A DNA stretch of 64,000 bases from a bacterium (GTDB taxonomy: Bacteria; Patescibacteriota; CPR2; UBA1875; JAJYID01), in contig JAUSJO010000002.1 in the NCBI GenBank assembly GCA_030647205.1, forward strand, positions 241,112 through 305,111, in the 5' to 3' direction. The notes beneath the pieces were generated by a model, which saw only the letters and a program-made list of their open reading frames with translations, was not told where the DNA came from and did no database searches. Position 1 is the stretch's first letter; each line of letters opens with the position of its first letter. The position numbers were made by a program, and so were the translations under genes. Positions 1 through 9,592 of the stretch are shown in pieces.

Positions 1-975
1 TAACTGTGCCATCCTCAAGAGGCTGTCGTAAGATTTCGATAACCGAGCGCGGGAACTCGGGCATTTCATCCAGAAAAAGTACTCCTCTATGCGCTAACGA
101 TATCTCACCCGGTCTTGGCCACTGTCCGCCTCCGACGAGAGCAATGCTTGAGGCTGTGTGATGAGGATTTCTGAACGGTCGTGAAGTTATAAGTGCCTTT
201 TCTTTCGGTAGTGCACCGGTTATAGAGTAAATTTTTGAGACTTCTAGCGACTCGTCAAATGTGAGGTTTGGCAGAATCGTCGTTAAGGTCTTGGCAAGCA
301 GGGTTTTGCCTGAACCGGGAGAGCCGCTCATTAGAATGTTGTGTCCGCCGGAGGCAGCTATCTCCAAAGCTCTCTTGGCGTGCTCTTGGCCTTTGACATG
401 AGCCATGTCGAGATAGGATTCTTCGTTTGAAAAATCAACTTTTACATTTTTCATTTTCTTGATGTCTTTTTCTTTCCGCAAGTAAAGCATCAGATTTTTT
501 AGCGAATCTACGGGCAAAACATCAGCGCCTTCGACGATTGCCGCTTCCTTGGCATTAGCTTTCGGGACAAATATTTCTTTATAGCCCTTCTTTTTCGCTG
601 CCATAGATATTGGCAAAACGCCATTTACTCTTCGGAGTTTGCCATCAAGTGAAAGTTCTCCGACTGACACGGTATTTTCTGTATCAAACTCGATTTGCCC
701 CGCTGCTGCCAAGATGCCAAGGGCGATAGGGAGGTCAAAAGAAGGTCCTTCCTTCTTAATGTCTGCTGGAGCGAGATTGACCGTGATCCTTTTCTGCGGG
801 AAAAGTCCGCCGGAGTTTTTTATCGCGCTTTTGACTCTTTCTTTGGCTTCCTCAACTGCTTTATCGGGAAGCCCGACGATATTAAAACAGGGAAGACCGT
901 TTGATAGGTCCACCTCGACATCTATAACTTCCGCGTCCAGCCCGATGACTGTCATTGACTTCACTTTTGCTAACA
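1..975 (-). CDS. comM: Mg-chelatase-like AAA+ protein, ComM/YifB family; the 3' part of the gene runs off the window edge
   Basis: Minus-strand translation from the ATG at ~975 reads [17 protein letters not shown]... followed by a Lon-like N domain and Walker A GSPGSGKT, typical of YifB/ComM. It is absent from the ORF track because it stays open to position 1. The + strand track ORFs 639..992 and 695..904 are antisense to it. Confidence 0.8.
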
Positions 976-1150
976 TAAGAACAATTCTATAGCAAAGGGA
1001 AAAGCGGAAACAAGTATACAAATCATAGAAGTTGGGAATTCAAGTGAGATTGTTGTATAATGACTATAGTTTTTCAAAAACGGAGGGGTAAGCGAAACGC
1101 AGCTTACTCTTTTTTGAACCTTGACGCCATAACTGGGAGGAGTAGAAACT

Positions 1151-1732
1151 ATGTTCGAAATAGTAATCAACTGCAAAGACTTCAGTAGACATGGAGTAAT
1201 CTCTGTTCAAGACGATATCCTTAGATTACAAGAAAAACTGCAGGAGATAATAACGATTATGCCAGCTGACGGTATTTGTTATCTTGACTGTTCTGGGATA
1301 TTCTTTGATGACCCCGCCGCAAAGATCCTATGGACCCTTGAAGCGCTGGGCTGGGGACCGCTCAAAAATCGCAATAAACACATAGTATTTCTGAATCTAA
1401 ATGATCAGGCACTAAGGACACTTGTTAAAGGCTCAGAAGTGTGGAAGAAAGGCTCAACCCCTGTTTGCTTCATGTATATAAACGATGGAGTGCTTAGAGT
1501 GGCCGGTGGTAATGAGGAAGTAGGGACGGTTATTGATATGCTCCTGTCTCAAGGAAAAGAGCTACAGACTGATGAGCTGGCAGAAATGACCGGAAGCACG
1601 GCTCAAAAAGTAAGTCGTGCATTGTATAAACTGAGTATGAACGGGATATTAAGCCGCAGAAAAATGATAAGCGCAGGAGGAAGACCCAGGTACTCTTATT
1701 CCATATTCCGGCCAAAACAGGCGAATGGATGA
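1151..1732 (+). CDS. hypothetical two-domain protein with an N-terminal STAS-like (anti-sigma-antagonist-like) region and a C-terminal winged HTH
   Basis: RBS gggaggag upstream of the ATG. The C-terminus TDELAEMTGSTAQKVSRALYKLSMNGIL...GRPRYSY looks like an HTH plus wing. The N-terminus YLDCSGIFFDDPAAKILWTLEA...KHIVFLNLNDQALRTL resembles a STAS fold. Confidence 0.6.
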   Translation: MFEIVINCKDFSRHGVISVQDDILRLQEKLQEIITIMPADGICYLDCSGIFFDDPAAKILWTLEALGWGPLKNRNKHIVFLNLNDQALRTLVKGSEVWKKGSTPVCFMYINDGVLRVAGGNEEVGTVIDMLLSQGKELQTDELAEMTGSTAQKVSRALYKLSMNGILSRRKMISAGGRPRYSYSIFRPKQANG

Positions 1733-1747
1733 AAAGGAGGTGGTCTA

Positions 1748-2407
1748 ATGGAGAGAGAGCTTGAAATAGTAAGGCCTGTTTATATCATTGATACCGATAA
1801 GGAGGCTGATGAAGGAGAGAACACTGAGTACTTCAAGCCGTATAGCAGGACGAAGCAGATCTTCTACAGCCTGCCGGAAGGAAGTACGCTGTACTTGGGA
1901 ATGAGCAATGTTCAGTATGTGGACTGGTTCTTCGCCTTAATGACAGTTGGTGAAATTCAGAATGCAAAAGCAGCAGGAACTCATTCAAGCACAGTATACC
2001 GTAAACATCTTGTGGTTAAAGAGCCTCGTCGCCTGGTTTTGAAAGAGATTACCAAAATGGTGGACGATTATAGCAACTGCTTCCTTCACCTGGATCAAGG
2101 TGGGGCGCTAAGCGTCAGTGGAAGAAAGGTAACCAAGTCCAAAAGCAAGCTGCTTTTGATTGATCGTTTGCTGTCAGGCGGTATCGAGAATGTTTCGGCA
2201 GGGAATGTAAGAGAAAGCATCTTTCCGAATAGGTCAGAACAGGCTGTTTCTTATATTTTACGTGAACTTGCGTACTGTGGGGTTCTCATTGAAAAAAATG
2301 AGAAATACGGTCAAGGTAGGCCTCTAAAACTCTACTCGCCGTACTGGCCAAGCCATGCAAAGTCATGGGAAATAGGAGGGGAGATTTATAAAAGGGCGGA
2401 TGCGTGA
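1748..2407 (+). CDS. paralogue of the preceding gene (STAS-like N-terminus plus C-terminal wHTH)
   Basis: Lies 15 bp after the previous stop and has its own RBS aaaggagg. The C-terminus SEQAVSYILRELAYCGVLIEK...GRPLKLYSP matches the wing/HTH pattern of its neighbour. Confidence 0.6.
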   Translation: MERELEIVRPVYIIDTDKEADEGENTEYFKPYSRTKQIFYSLPEGSTLYLGMSNVQYVDWFFALMTVGEIQNAKAAGTHSSTVYRKHLVVKEPRRLVLKEITKMVDDYSNCFLHLDQGGALSVSGRKVTKSKSKLLLIDRLLSGGIENVSAGNVRESIFPNRSEQAVSYILRELAYCGVLIEKNEKYGQGRPLKLYSPYWPSHAKSWEIGGEIYKRADA

Positions 2408-2426
2408 GCATCCGCCCTAAAACGTT

Positions 2427-2921
2427 TTAGAACTCTTTTTTCTCGAAGGATATTATTTTAAGTTTTTTTGTGGTTTTGGGAAGTTTGATCTTTACTACAT
2501 TCCCCGATTTTTTACCGATTAGCGCCTGGCCGACAGGGCTTTTGGGGGAAACGGGGAGGGTTTCATCTTTGAACTCAATTTTATCTGCGAGTTCAGGATG
2601 GATTATGTAAAAGCAATCTTTAAAGCCGGTATCTTGATCCTCGGTTTTGATAAAGCAATAGAGGCCGATGACTCTATCATCAATTTTTTCAAAAGTGACA
2701 ACGTCAGAATTTTTTAGCAGCTTATTGATTACAATAAATCGCTCTTTTATACTTCTCAGCTTGTCATCAGTGGCTTGGTACTCCGGTATTTGAAAAGGGA
2801 CGGCGCCACCGTGAGCGGCGTATTCTCCCAGTTTTTTAGTTAACTTCTTTGACTCATTACTGAGCTCATTAACCAAACCGGCCAGATATTCATAATCCTT
2901 TGGCAAGAGTATATTTTTCAT
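2427..2921 (-). CDS. greA: transcription elongation factor GreA
   Basis: 164 aa with an N-terminal coiled-coil and a C-terminal FKBP-like domain ...SPVGQALIGKKSGNVVKIKLP typical of GreA. Confidence 0.85.
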   Translation of the reverse strand: MKNILLPKDYEYLAGLVNELSNESKKLTKKLGEYAAHGGAVPFQIPEYQATDDKLRSIKERFIVINKLLKNSDVVTFEKIDDRVIGLYCFIKTEDQDTGFKDCFYIIHPELADKIEFKDETLPVSPKSPVGQALIGKKSGNVVKIKLPKTTKKLKIISFEKKEF

Positions 2922-3031
2922 AAGACCCTAGGTTAAACAGTTTGAATATCTTAACATAGATTGTTCTTTAGTTAAAACTTTCTTTTAATACAGGATTATA
3001 TCGTATATAATGTAAATAATACACTAACATA

Positions 3032-4111
3032 TTGATTATGGAAAAAGTAGCATTCATTCCAGGAAGGTTCAGTCCACCTCACAAAGGCCATATAATGGCT
3101 TTTCTTTGGCTTTTGTCCCGGTTCGATAGATTGGTAATCGGCATAGGAAGCTGCTATGAAGTAGGAAAACCGAGACACCCACTGCTTGCTTTCTATAGAG
3201 AGAAAATGATCAGATGGAGCTTGATAAATGAGGGAGTAGATATGTCTCGAGTCTCCTTTGTGCATCTTCAGGATTTCAACGACTGGGACCAGTGGTGGGA
3301 AAGCATTAGCAAAGTTGCTGCCAGAGAAAAAGTTACCCATTTTGTTACCGGTAATGAAGAAGACATCCTAAATGTGATGAAGGAAAAAGGCCTTGATTCT
3401 ACGTTTGAGCTTTTAAACCCGGAAAAAGAAATCCCTAAAGAATATAAGTTCAACTACCATGCTACCGACCTTCGAAATTCAATACAAAACGGTGACTATG
3501 AAAGTTTTAAGAAAATTGCTGCATACGGAACAGTGGCCTTGATGGGCAATGTCGGAGGGTTTGGAGGTATCAGGGATGCTATGAACGATAAGGCTTCAAA
3601 TTTCGTAGAAGGGAGGCAAGCAGTGGATCTTATAATAACTTGCAGGCCGGATCAAGGGAAGAAGATGGTACTTTGCGGCTATAGAAAAAAAGATAAAAAG
3701 GACTTTCCGGGATGGCTTGCTCTTCCTGGTGGCGGGATAGATACTTTCGAAAACCCGATGGACGCGGCGGTGCGCGAACTTGAAGAAGAGACCGGTCTTA
3801 GCGTAAAAATTGTTAACAGTTATCTAGAACCGGCTCATGTGCTTGTGAATGGAATTATATCTGAGATGAGATTTGTAGGTCTTTTTGGAAGCGAAGATGA
3901 AACACTGTCGGGGACAAAAGGAGGGTCAAGTCAGGTTTTTCATGTTGAACTGGACGTGGATCAGGACTCTTTCAAAGGAATGCTAAAGTCAGACTCTGAC
4001 CTTGATGATGTAGACTTTAGGCCCGTTGATTTTGTTCTTGAGAAGGGTCTAGCTTACCAACAAAGCGATATGCTTAGAGATGTTTTGCGGCACAAACTAG
4101 TCTATATGTGA
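3032..4111 (+). CDS. nadM: bifunctional NMN adenylyltransferase (archaeal-type NadM) / Nudix ADP-ribose pyrophosphatase
   Basis: The N-terminus GRFSPPHKGH is the (H/T)xGH nucleotidyltransferase motif. The C-terminus GGGIDTFENPMDAAVRELEEETGL is a Nudix box. This architecture is known from Synechocystis and Francisella NadM-Nudix. Confidence 0.8.
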   Translation: MIMEKVAFIPGRFSPPHKGHIMAFLWLLSRFDRLVIGIGSCYEVGKPRHPLLAFYREKMIRWSLINEGVDMSRVSFVHLQDFNDWDQWWESISKVAAREKVTHFVTGNEEDILNVMKEKGLDSTFELLNPEKEIPKEYKFNYHATDLRNSIQNGDYESFKKIAAYGTVALMGNVGGFGGIRDAMNDKASNFVEGRQAVDLIITCRPDQGKKMVLCGYRKKDKKDFPGWLALPGGGIDTFENPMDAAVRELEEETGLSVKIVNSYLEPAHVLVNGIISEMRFVGLFGSEDETLSGTKGGSSQVFHVELDVDQDSFKGMLKSDSDLDDVDFRPVDFVLEKGLAYQQSDMLRDVLRHKLVYM

Positions 4112-4863
4112 ACCGTTTTTGCGGTCTTGGCTCGGGTAATAGCCGCTTCGTGGGCGGCGATTTCTATAGAATCGTCTATTTTCTTTAAATTTGCTGAGTT
4201 TCCATATCGTCTTCGAAGAGCCGAAAGTATTAAATGATCGGCAAAGTGAGGATTTTTCGGCAAAACAGGACCGTGGAGATAGGTTCCATAGCAGTTTTTG
4301 TAGACTGCGCCCTCGTATTTTTTCTCACCGGTATTGCCGTAGCCGGTTATGACTTTACCGAGTGGTTTTGTTTTGCCTTCGAGATATGTAAGACCGCTGT
4401 GGTTTTCAAAACCAACCAAAGTTTTCACGGGAGAGTTCCATTTCTGATCTGAGGTGTCTATAACGATATTTCCGATACATCTTTTGCCTGAACCAACCGT
4501 GTAAGCGTCAAACACGCTAATTCCCTCGAGCATTTCACCGTCTGATGTTTTGAAATATTTGCCAAAAAGCTGAAAACCTCCACAGATAGTTAGCGCAACC
4601 AAACCTTTCTCAACTTCTGATTTTATTTCTTTGCCTCTACGCGCTAGGTCATCGGCGATTGCCTTTTGCCCACGATCTTGCCCGCCGCCCATAAAAACAA
4701 TGTCAGCATACTTAAAATCGGCCTTGTCGCCACGTTTAATGTCGAGAAGGTCAACGTCTATTGCACGCTCGTGCATTCTGCGGACTAGCGTTGTAATATT
4801 CCCTAGGTCGCCGTAGAGGTTCATAGCGTCCGGATAGAGATGAAATATGGTAAGCTTTTGCAT
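4102..4863 (-). CDS. gatD: lipid II isoglutaminyl synthase glutamine amidotransferase subunit GatD (CobB/CobQ-like GATase)
   Basis: MQKLTIFHLYPDAMNLYGDLGNI...LTICGGFQLFGKYF...VGFENHSGLTYL...YGTYLHGPVLPKNP is collinear with S. aureus GatD. Its start codon overlaps the upstream kinase stop (TAATG). Confidence 0.9.
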   Translation of the reverse strand: MQKLTIFHLYPDAMNLYGDLGNITTLVRRMHERAIDVDLLDIKRGDKADFKYADIVFMGGGQDRGQKAIADDLARRGKEIKSEVEKGLVALTICGGFQLFGKYFKTSDGEMLEGISVFDAYTVGSGKRCIGNIVIDTSDQKWNSPVKTLVGFENHSGLTYLEGKTKPLGKVITGYGNTGEKKYEGAVYKNCYGTYLHGPVLPKNPHFADHLILSALRRRYGNSANLKKIDDSIEIAAHEAAITRAKTAKTVHI

Positions 4864-6164
4864 TATGCTTTGATTCTTTTTCTGTTCTTTTTAGCGATTT
4901 TATCTATCGGCAGTTCAAACCCAAAGACATTCCCGCCGTTTTCAGCCGTTTTATAATATGTTTTTCCTTTGTGGGAGTCGATGATTCTCTTTACAACATA
5001 AAGATTTAGAGTCAGTTTCTCTTTCTCCTTGTGTTCTCTTGAAAATCTTCTAAAAATCTTTTCCGGAGCAACTTCAGCTATCTGAGGACCATTATCGATA
5101 ACCTCAACAACTACTTTTCCCTTCGTTTCCTTCAAAACTATTTCTACTTTTCCTCCGCGCAGGCTATGGCTTACGGCATTCTCCAGATATATTGAAAGAG
5201 CAAGCTTGATTTTCTCCGGATCCACATATGTTTTAGGGACATCATCTGAAGTTTTTAAATCTATTTTGACATCCTTTGCCCAAGAGTCTGAAACAAATGA
5301 ATACATCTCATAAGTAATAATTTTTTTGAGGTCTGTGAGCTCCACATTTAAAGTAATAGGCAGACCTTCTTCATATTTTAAGGTGTCAACAACGTCGTTG
5401 ATAATATCCGTAAGCCTTTGGGCACCGATATCTACCTCCTTGAGGGGCATCATGAGGTCTTTGTTGACCTTGCCGTAGTCGCCTTCAAGCATCATCGAGG
5501 TGTTGCCTTTGATGACCGTTAACGGAGTTTTTAGCTGATGCGACGCGACATCGATAAACTCACTTTTGACTTTGTCTATTTCACTTAACTCTTTGTTCAA
5601 CTGGGTTAGTTTTGCATGCTCTTTCCTCTGAGTTGAAAGATCAAGACCAAGATTTTTCCCGACTTGTGCTAAAAGGGCGATATATAGAATCCTAAGAAGG
5701 ACAAAAGCAAATCCGATTATTGTAAACTCAACTACTTCATTATTAACCAAAAAAAAGTACTCTGTAATTACAAGTATTGATGCCAGCCCACTTAAATATG
5801 CGAGATTTCTGGCATTCATAAAGTAGGCTGCAGCTAAAAGGACCAACCCATACATAAAGATGAGCGAGCCGTTTAAATAGTCTATGTAGTGGATGGTCAT
5901 ACCGACCGAAATTATGTAGAAAACAAACTCGTAGTTTGCTATATCAAAGCTTCTTTTTGGATAGAATCTACTTAAGGCATATCCCAGAATAGAAACAAAA
6001 AATGTTGCGCTTAAAAGTAATGCGACTTCAATATGATTTGGATAGTCATAGTCGATCAACTGTGGCAACAGTACTAGCGTAAACGCAGCAAAACCAGAGG
6101 CTATTAAAATATAAAGCCTTATTCTTTCGGTTGTTTTATCCTGTTTTTTCGTGTCCGCCCTCAT
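4863..6164 (-). CDS. membrane sensor histidine kinase (multi-TM N-terminus, HisKA, HATPase_c)
   Basis: Several N-terminal TM helices. H-box SHQLKTPLTVIKGNTSMM, N-box IYLENAVSHS, G-box GGNVFGFELP. No response regulator lies nearby. Confidence 0.85.
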   Translation of the reverse strand: MRADTKKQDKTTERIRLYILIASGFAAFTLVLLPQLIDYDYPNHIEVALLLSATFFVSILGYALSRFYPKRSFDIANYEFVFYIISVGMTIHYIDYLNGSLIFMYGLVLLAAAYFMNARNLAYLSGLASILVITEYFFLVNNEVVEFTIIGFAFVLLRILYIALLAQVGKNLGLDLSTQRKEHAKLTQLNKELSEIDKVKSEFIDVASHQLKTPLTVIKGNTSMMLEGDYGKVNKDLMMPLKEVDIGAQRLTDIINDVVDTLKYEEGLPITLNVELTDLKKIITYEMYSFVSDSWAKDVKIDLKTSDDVPKTYVDPEKIKLALSIYLENAVSHSLRGGKVEIVLKETKGKVVVEVIDNGPQIAEVAPEKIFRRFSREHKEKEKLTLNLYVVKRIIDSHKGKTYYKTAENGGNVFGFELPIDKIAKKNRKRIKA

Positions 6165-6200
6165 ATCAAAAGTATAAACGAATCTTTAGTTTTAAGGAAG

Positions 6201-7571
6201 CTATTTTGTCCAATAGTCCTTCAAAATCCCCTTCTGAACAAGATTATTTCTTATATCAAGCATGGCTGTGTATGTCGGGAGGATGTAGAGAGTTTCGCTT
6301 ACATCTGTTTCAGAAACGGCCGTATCCAGAGCTTTTTTTAAATCTTTCTCAGTCTCGATTATTCTACTTGTGATATTGGCATATTTGAGTCTCAAGCGTA
6401 AATCCTCGCTTCGGATGCCGCTCACGATTATTTTTCTAAAACCCGCTTTAAAGAGTTCAAACTCGACGTCCCATATCCAGGAAATGTCTGTTCCGTCAGC
6501 GAAGTTGTCATTCAAGGCTATGAGGGCGGTTTTGTTTTTCCGGTTCTGTGTGATAGCTTCAAGGACTTGGTTGAAACCGGTAGGGTTCTTGACTAGATGG
6601 ATTACAGCTTTTTTGCCATTTACCTCAAATGTTTCCATGCGGCCAAAGGCAGGAGTGAGCTTGCCTAAAGCCTTGAGGATAGTTTTATGGTCAACTTTCA
6701 TGAAGTCTCCGGTACTGATAGCTGCAAGGGCATTATATAGGCTATAGAGACCAGTCATTGGTAGGCTTAAGTTTTCCGACTCTTTATCAACGGTTATAGT
6801 TGCCGCTGTATTATCAGGAGATAGTCGGACATTTTTGGCAGTAATTTTCGTTTTTGGACGTACGAATCCGCAGTTTTCACATACATATTGCCCGATATGG
6901 CCGTAATATCTGTGAGGATAGACGAGTTCATGGCCGCAAATGAGACAGTCCTTGATGTCGATGGCCAGATCTGACTTGGCTTCCAGCCTCTCATCCGTGA
7001 TCCCGAAGTAAAGTGTATTTTCTCTATCCTTGCCAAGGGAAGCAACGATCGGGTCGTCAGCATTCAATATTAAGGTTGATTCCGGGGAGTCTTGTATAGA
7101 TTTTTTCAAAATCGCGGCTGTTTTATCAACCTCTCCGTATCTGTCCAGTTGATCTCGGAAGATATTTGTGATAACGATTGCTTTTGGTTTCACAAATCTC
7201 ATCACTTCAGGCATGGTGGCTTCATCAACCTCATAAACGCCGATCTCATCTTTAATATTGCCGAAAATACTCGATTTTAGAGCGAGTTCGGAGGCTATTC
7301 CGCGTGTTAGATTTGATCCGCCAGAGTTTGAAAGGACTTTGAGCCCGCTTGCCTTCAAGATTTCGACAATCATTTTGGATGTTGTTGTTTTGCCGTTAGT
7401 CCCTGTGACTAAAATGACGCCTTTATCCAAATTCGTCGTCAACTCTTTAACTATTTCCGGATTGATTTTCAGTGCTAGAAGGCCCGGTAAGGCACCTCCT
7501 CCTCCGCGCCCGAAAATACGGGACCAAAATGCCGCCTGTTTGGCGATAAAAATAGCAAAAATCTTCTTCAT
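6201..7571 (-). CDS. murT: lipid II isoglutaminyl synthase Mur-ligase-like subunit MurT
   Basis: GTNGKTTTSKMI P-loop, NIFRDQLDRYGE, Cys-rich ribbon CLICGHEL...CENCGF and LNDNFADGTDISWIWD all match MurT. Confidence 0.9.
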   Translation of the reverse strand: MKKIFAIFIAKQAAFWSRIFGRGGGGALPGLLALKINPEIVKELTTNLDKGVILVTGTNGKTTTSKMIVEILKASGLKVLSNSGGSNLTRGIASELALKSSIFGNIKDEIGVYEVDEATMPEVMRFVKPKAIVITNIFRDQLDRYGEVDKTAAILKKSIQDSPESTLILNADDPIVASLGKDRENTLYFGITDERLEAKSDLAIDIKDCLICGHELVYPHRYYGHIGQYVCENCGFVRPKTKITAKNVRLSPDNTAATITVDKESENLSLPMTGLYSLYNALAAISTGDFMKVDHKTILKALGKLTPAFGRMETFEVNGKKAVIHLVKNPTGFNQVLEAITQNRKNKTALIALNDNFADGTDISWIWDVEFELFKAGFRKIIVSGIRSEDLRLRLKYANITSRIIETEKDLKKALDTAVSETDVSETLYILPTYTAMLDIRNNLVQKGILKDYWTK

Positions 7572-7622
7572 AGACTATATTGTAGCACGAATTTTTTATA
7601 AATGTGTTGGCGAGAAGAAAGA

Positions 7623-8603
7623 TTATAGACTAATAGTTTTTGCTATCTGGTCGATAATATCGATACTTCCGTTATATATTCCATGCCCTGCGCCAGCACC
7701 GTATCCATATGTTCCGGAAACTGTGATTGTTATTTCACTACCTAGCTCTGATTGTTTTCCGGTATGCAATATAATCTCATCATATTGTATTGTGCTACCT
7801 GAAAAGCTACCACTTGCCGTAATTTTTGTTCCGGTCAAGCCGCTACTGGTAGCAAAAGCGGTAGTTGTTTTTGGGCTGGTTGCAAAAGGGACCGCGTCAT
7901 TTACTTCTTCTTCGAATGAGTTAATACCAGACGAATATATTTCAGCAACCTCGTCATAAGCACCTCCAGATATATTATCTATGACAGGGTGTCCTCTATC
8001 GAGATTTTGTATGAATAAATTATTAGGATAAGAGAATGTAAAAGGTGTGCCATATCCACCTTGGTAAACAGGACAAGTTGCTTTAATCCAGGAGGCAGAG
8101 GGTTGGTTTGGCGTAGCAGGCTTTGGAGCTGCACTACTTTGTTTGTTAGGTGTCGGACTACTTGGTTTGGGATTATTTTGGGATGGAGGAGTTGGAGTAG
8201 CGGTATTGCTTTTTTTTGTGTCGCTGGATGTTTTGCCGACCGAGTTCGATTTATTACTTGATGCTGTGTTCTTCTTCGAGGTTGATGCGGCGACTCTACT
8301 TTTATAATAATATATTCCGGCGCCAGCAATGCTAATAAAAAACAATACTAGGAATGATGCCGAAGCTATAATCAGTCGTCTATCGTGTCTTTGCTGTGGT
8401 GTTAAAGATCTTGAGTACGACTGGTCTTCCGCTGAAATTCCTAAGTTGTTTTGTTTGGGTAGTGTTGAGTCAAGCGATTGAAATCCTTCACTAATATCCG
8501 TTTCCTGCCAGCCACTATCTGAAAGTGTAGATCTAATCTGATCATCGGTTTGCCCGATGGCCCTTGAGTTTATGATGAAATCTAGTAATTCTTGGTTAAG
8601 CAT
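7623..8603 (-). CDS. hypothetical membrane-anchored protein with a Ser/Thr/Pro-rich linker and an extracytoplasmic C-terminal domain
   Basis: One TM helix (LIIASASFLVLFFISIAGAGIYYY), then a low-complexity STP-rich stretch, then a Gly-rich beta-like C-terminus. No recognisable family. Confidence 0.55.
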   Translation of the reverse strand: MLNQELLDFIINSRAIGQTDDQIRSTLSDSGWQETDISEGFQSLDSTLPKQNNLGISAEDQSYSRSLTPQQRHDRRLIIASASFLVLFFISIAGAGIYYYKSRVAASTSKKNTASSNKSNSVGKTSSDTKKSNTATPTPPSQNNPKPSSPTPNKQSSAAPKPATPNQPSASWIKATCPVYQGGYGTPFTFSYPNNLFIQNLDRGHPVIDNISGGAYDEVAEIYSSGINSFEEEVNDAVPFATSPKTTTAFATSSGLTGTKITASGSFSGSTIQYDEIILHTGKQSELGSEITITVSGTYGYGAGAGHGIYNGSIDIIDQIAKTISL

Positions 8604-8654
8604 AACTGCTATAAGAATACCATCTTGAAAGGGGAAAAAGAATATTTTCTATAT

Positions 8655-9533
8655 TTATTGAAGAAATTCTTTGAGCTTATTCTCTGCTTCTTTATTATTC
8701 TTAATCCAAATAACATCTTTGTTCCGGTTTAGCCAGGTGAGTTGGCGTTTGGCGTAGTTTCTGTGGGATTGCTTGGTTTTTTCGACTGCTTCTTCAAGCG
8801 AAATTTCATCATCAATGAATTGTACGAGTTGTCTATAGCCAGTTGCCTGCATGGCAGTATTTAGGTCATATTTTTTATGTAATTTTTTCACTTCGTCTAG
8901 AAATCCCTCCGTCATCATCTCATCAACGCGGGAGTTTATTCTTTCGTAGAGCTTTTCACGATCTCGCTGTACAGCCAAATATAAAACATTTTTGGGTAGG
9001 TCTTGTTTCTTTTTTTGTGCAGTAAAAGGTTCGCCGGTTTGGAGACAGACTTCTAGGGCGCGAACGACCCTGCGTTTATTGTTTTTATCGACAGTCCACT
9101 CTGCGTCCGGGTCGAGTTCGAGCAGTTGCTTAAAAAGTTCCTCATTCGATTTTTTACCTAACTTTTCCCTTAGTTCATTGTTTGGCTTTGCATGAGGAAT
9201 ATTATAGTTATATACGAGTGCGTCTATGTACATTGTTGAGCCGCCGACGAGAAAGGGAATATTGCCCCGTTCATGGATTTCTTTAATAAGTTTTTCAACC
9301 AAATCTTTGAATATCGCAACATTAAACTCTTCATCTGGGTTTATGATATCAAGCATGTGATGAGGGATGTCATTAAACTTCGTTGGTTTGTCTGTACCGA
9401 TATTCATACCTTTATAGACGGTCATTGAATCGGCACAAATAATCTCTCCACTAAACTCCTTTGCCAAATCTAAAGACAGCGATGTTTTCCCGCTGGCTGT
9501 CGGTCCGGTTAACACAATTATTGGTTTTTGCAT
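8655..9533 (-). CDS. miaA: tRNA dimethylallyltransferase MiaA
   Basis: N-terminus IIVLTGPTASGKTSLSLDLA (P-loop) and the overall MiaA layout. Confidence 0.9.
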   Translation of the reverse strand: MQKPIIVLTGPTASGKTSLSLDLAKEFSGEIICADSMTVYKGMNIGTDKPTKFNDIPHHMLDIINPDEEFNVAIFKDLVEKLIKEIHERGNIPFLVGGSTMYIDALVYNYNIPHAKPNNELREKLGKKSNEELFKQLLELDPDAEWTVDKNNKRRVVRALEVCLQTGEPFTAQKKKQDLPKNVLYLAVQRDREKLYERINSRVDEMMTEGFLDEVKKLHKKYDLNTAMQATGYRQLVQFIDDEISLEEAVEKTKQSHRNYAKRQLTWLNRNKDVIWIKNNKEAENKLKEFLQ

Positions 9534-9592
9534 TACTTGATTATATCAGAAAACCTGTGTATTATGAGGGAAATAATGAAAGGAGCCAAAAA

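Noticed and set aside
639-992. + strand track ORFs 639..992 and 695..904
   Set aside because: They lie antisense within the well-supported minus-strand ComM/YifB gene, which runs 975..1 with a recognisable AAA+ and Lon-like sequence.
7258-7959. Track ORF 7258..7959 (+), 233 aa
   Set aside because: It is antisense to murT and to the 326-aa membrane protein gene. Its low-complexity Pro-rich translation is typical of spurious frames opposite real genes.
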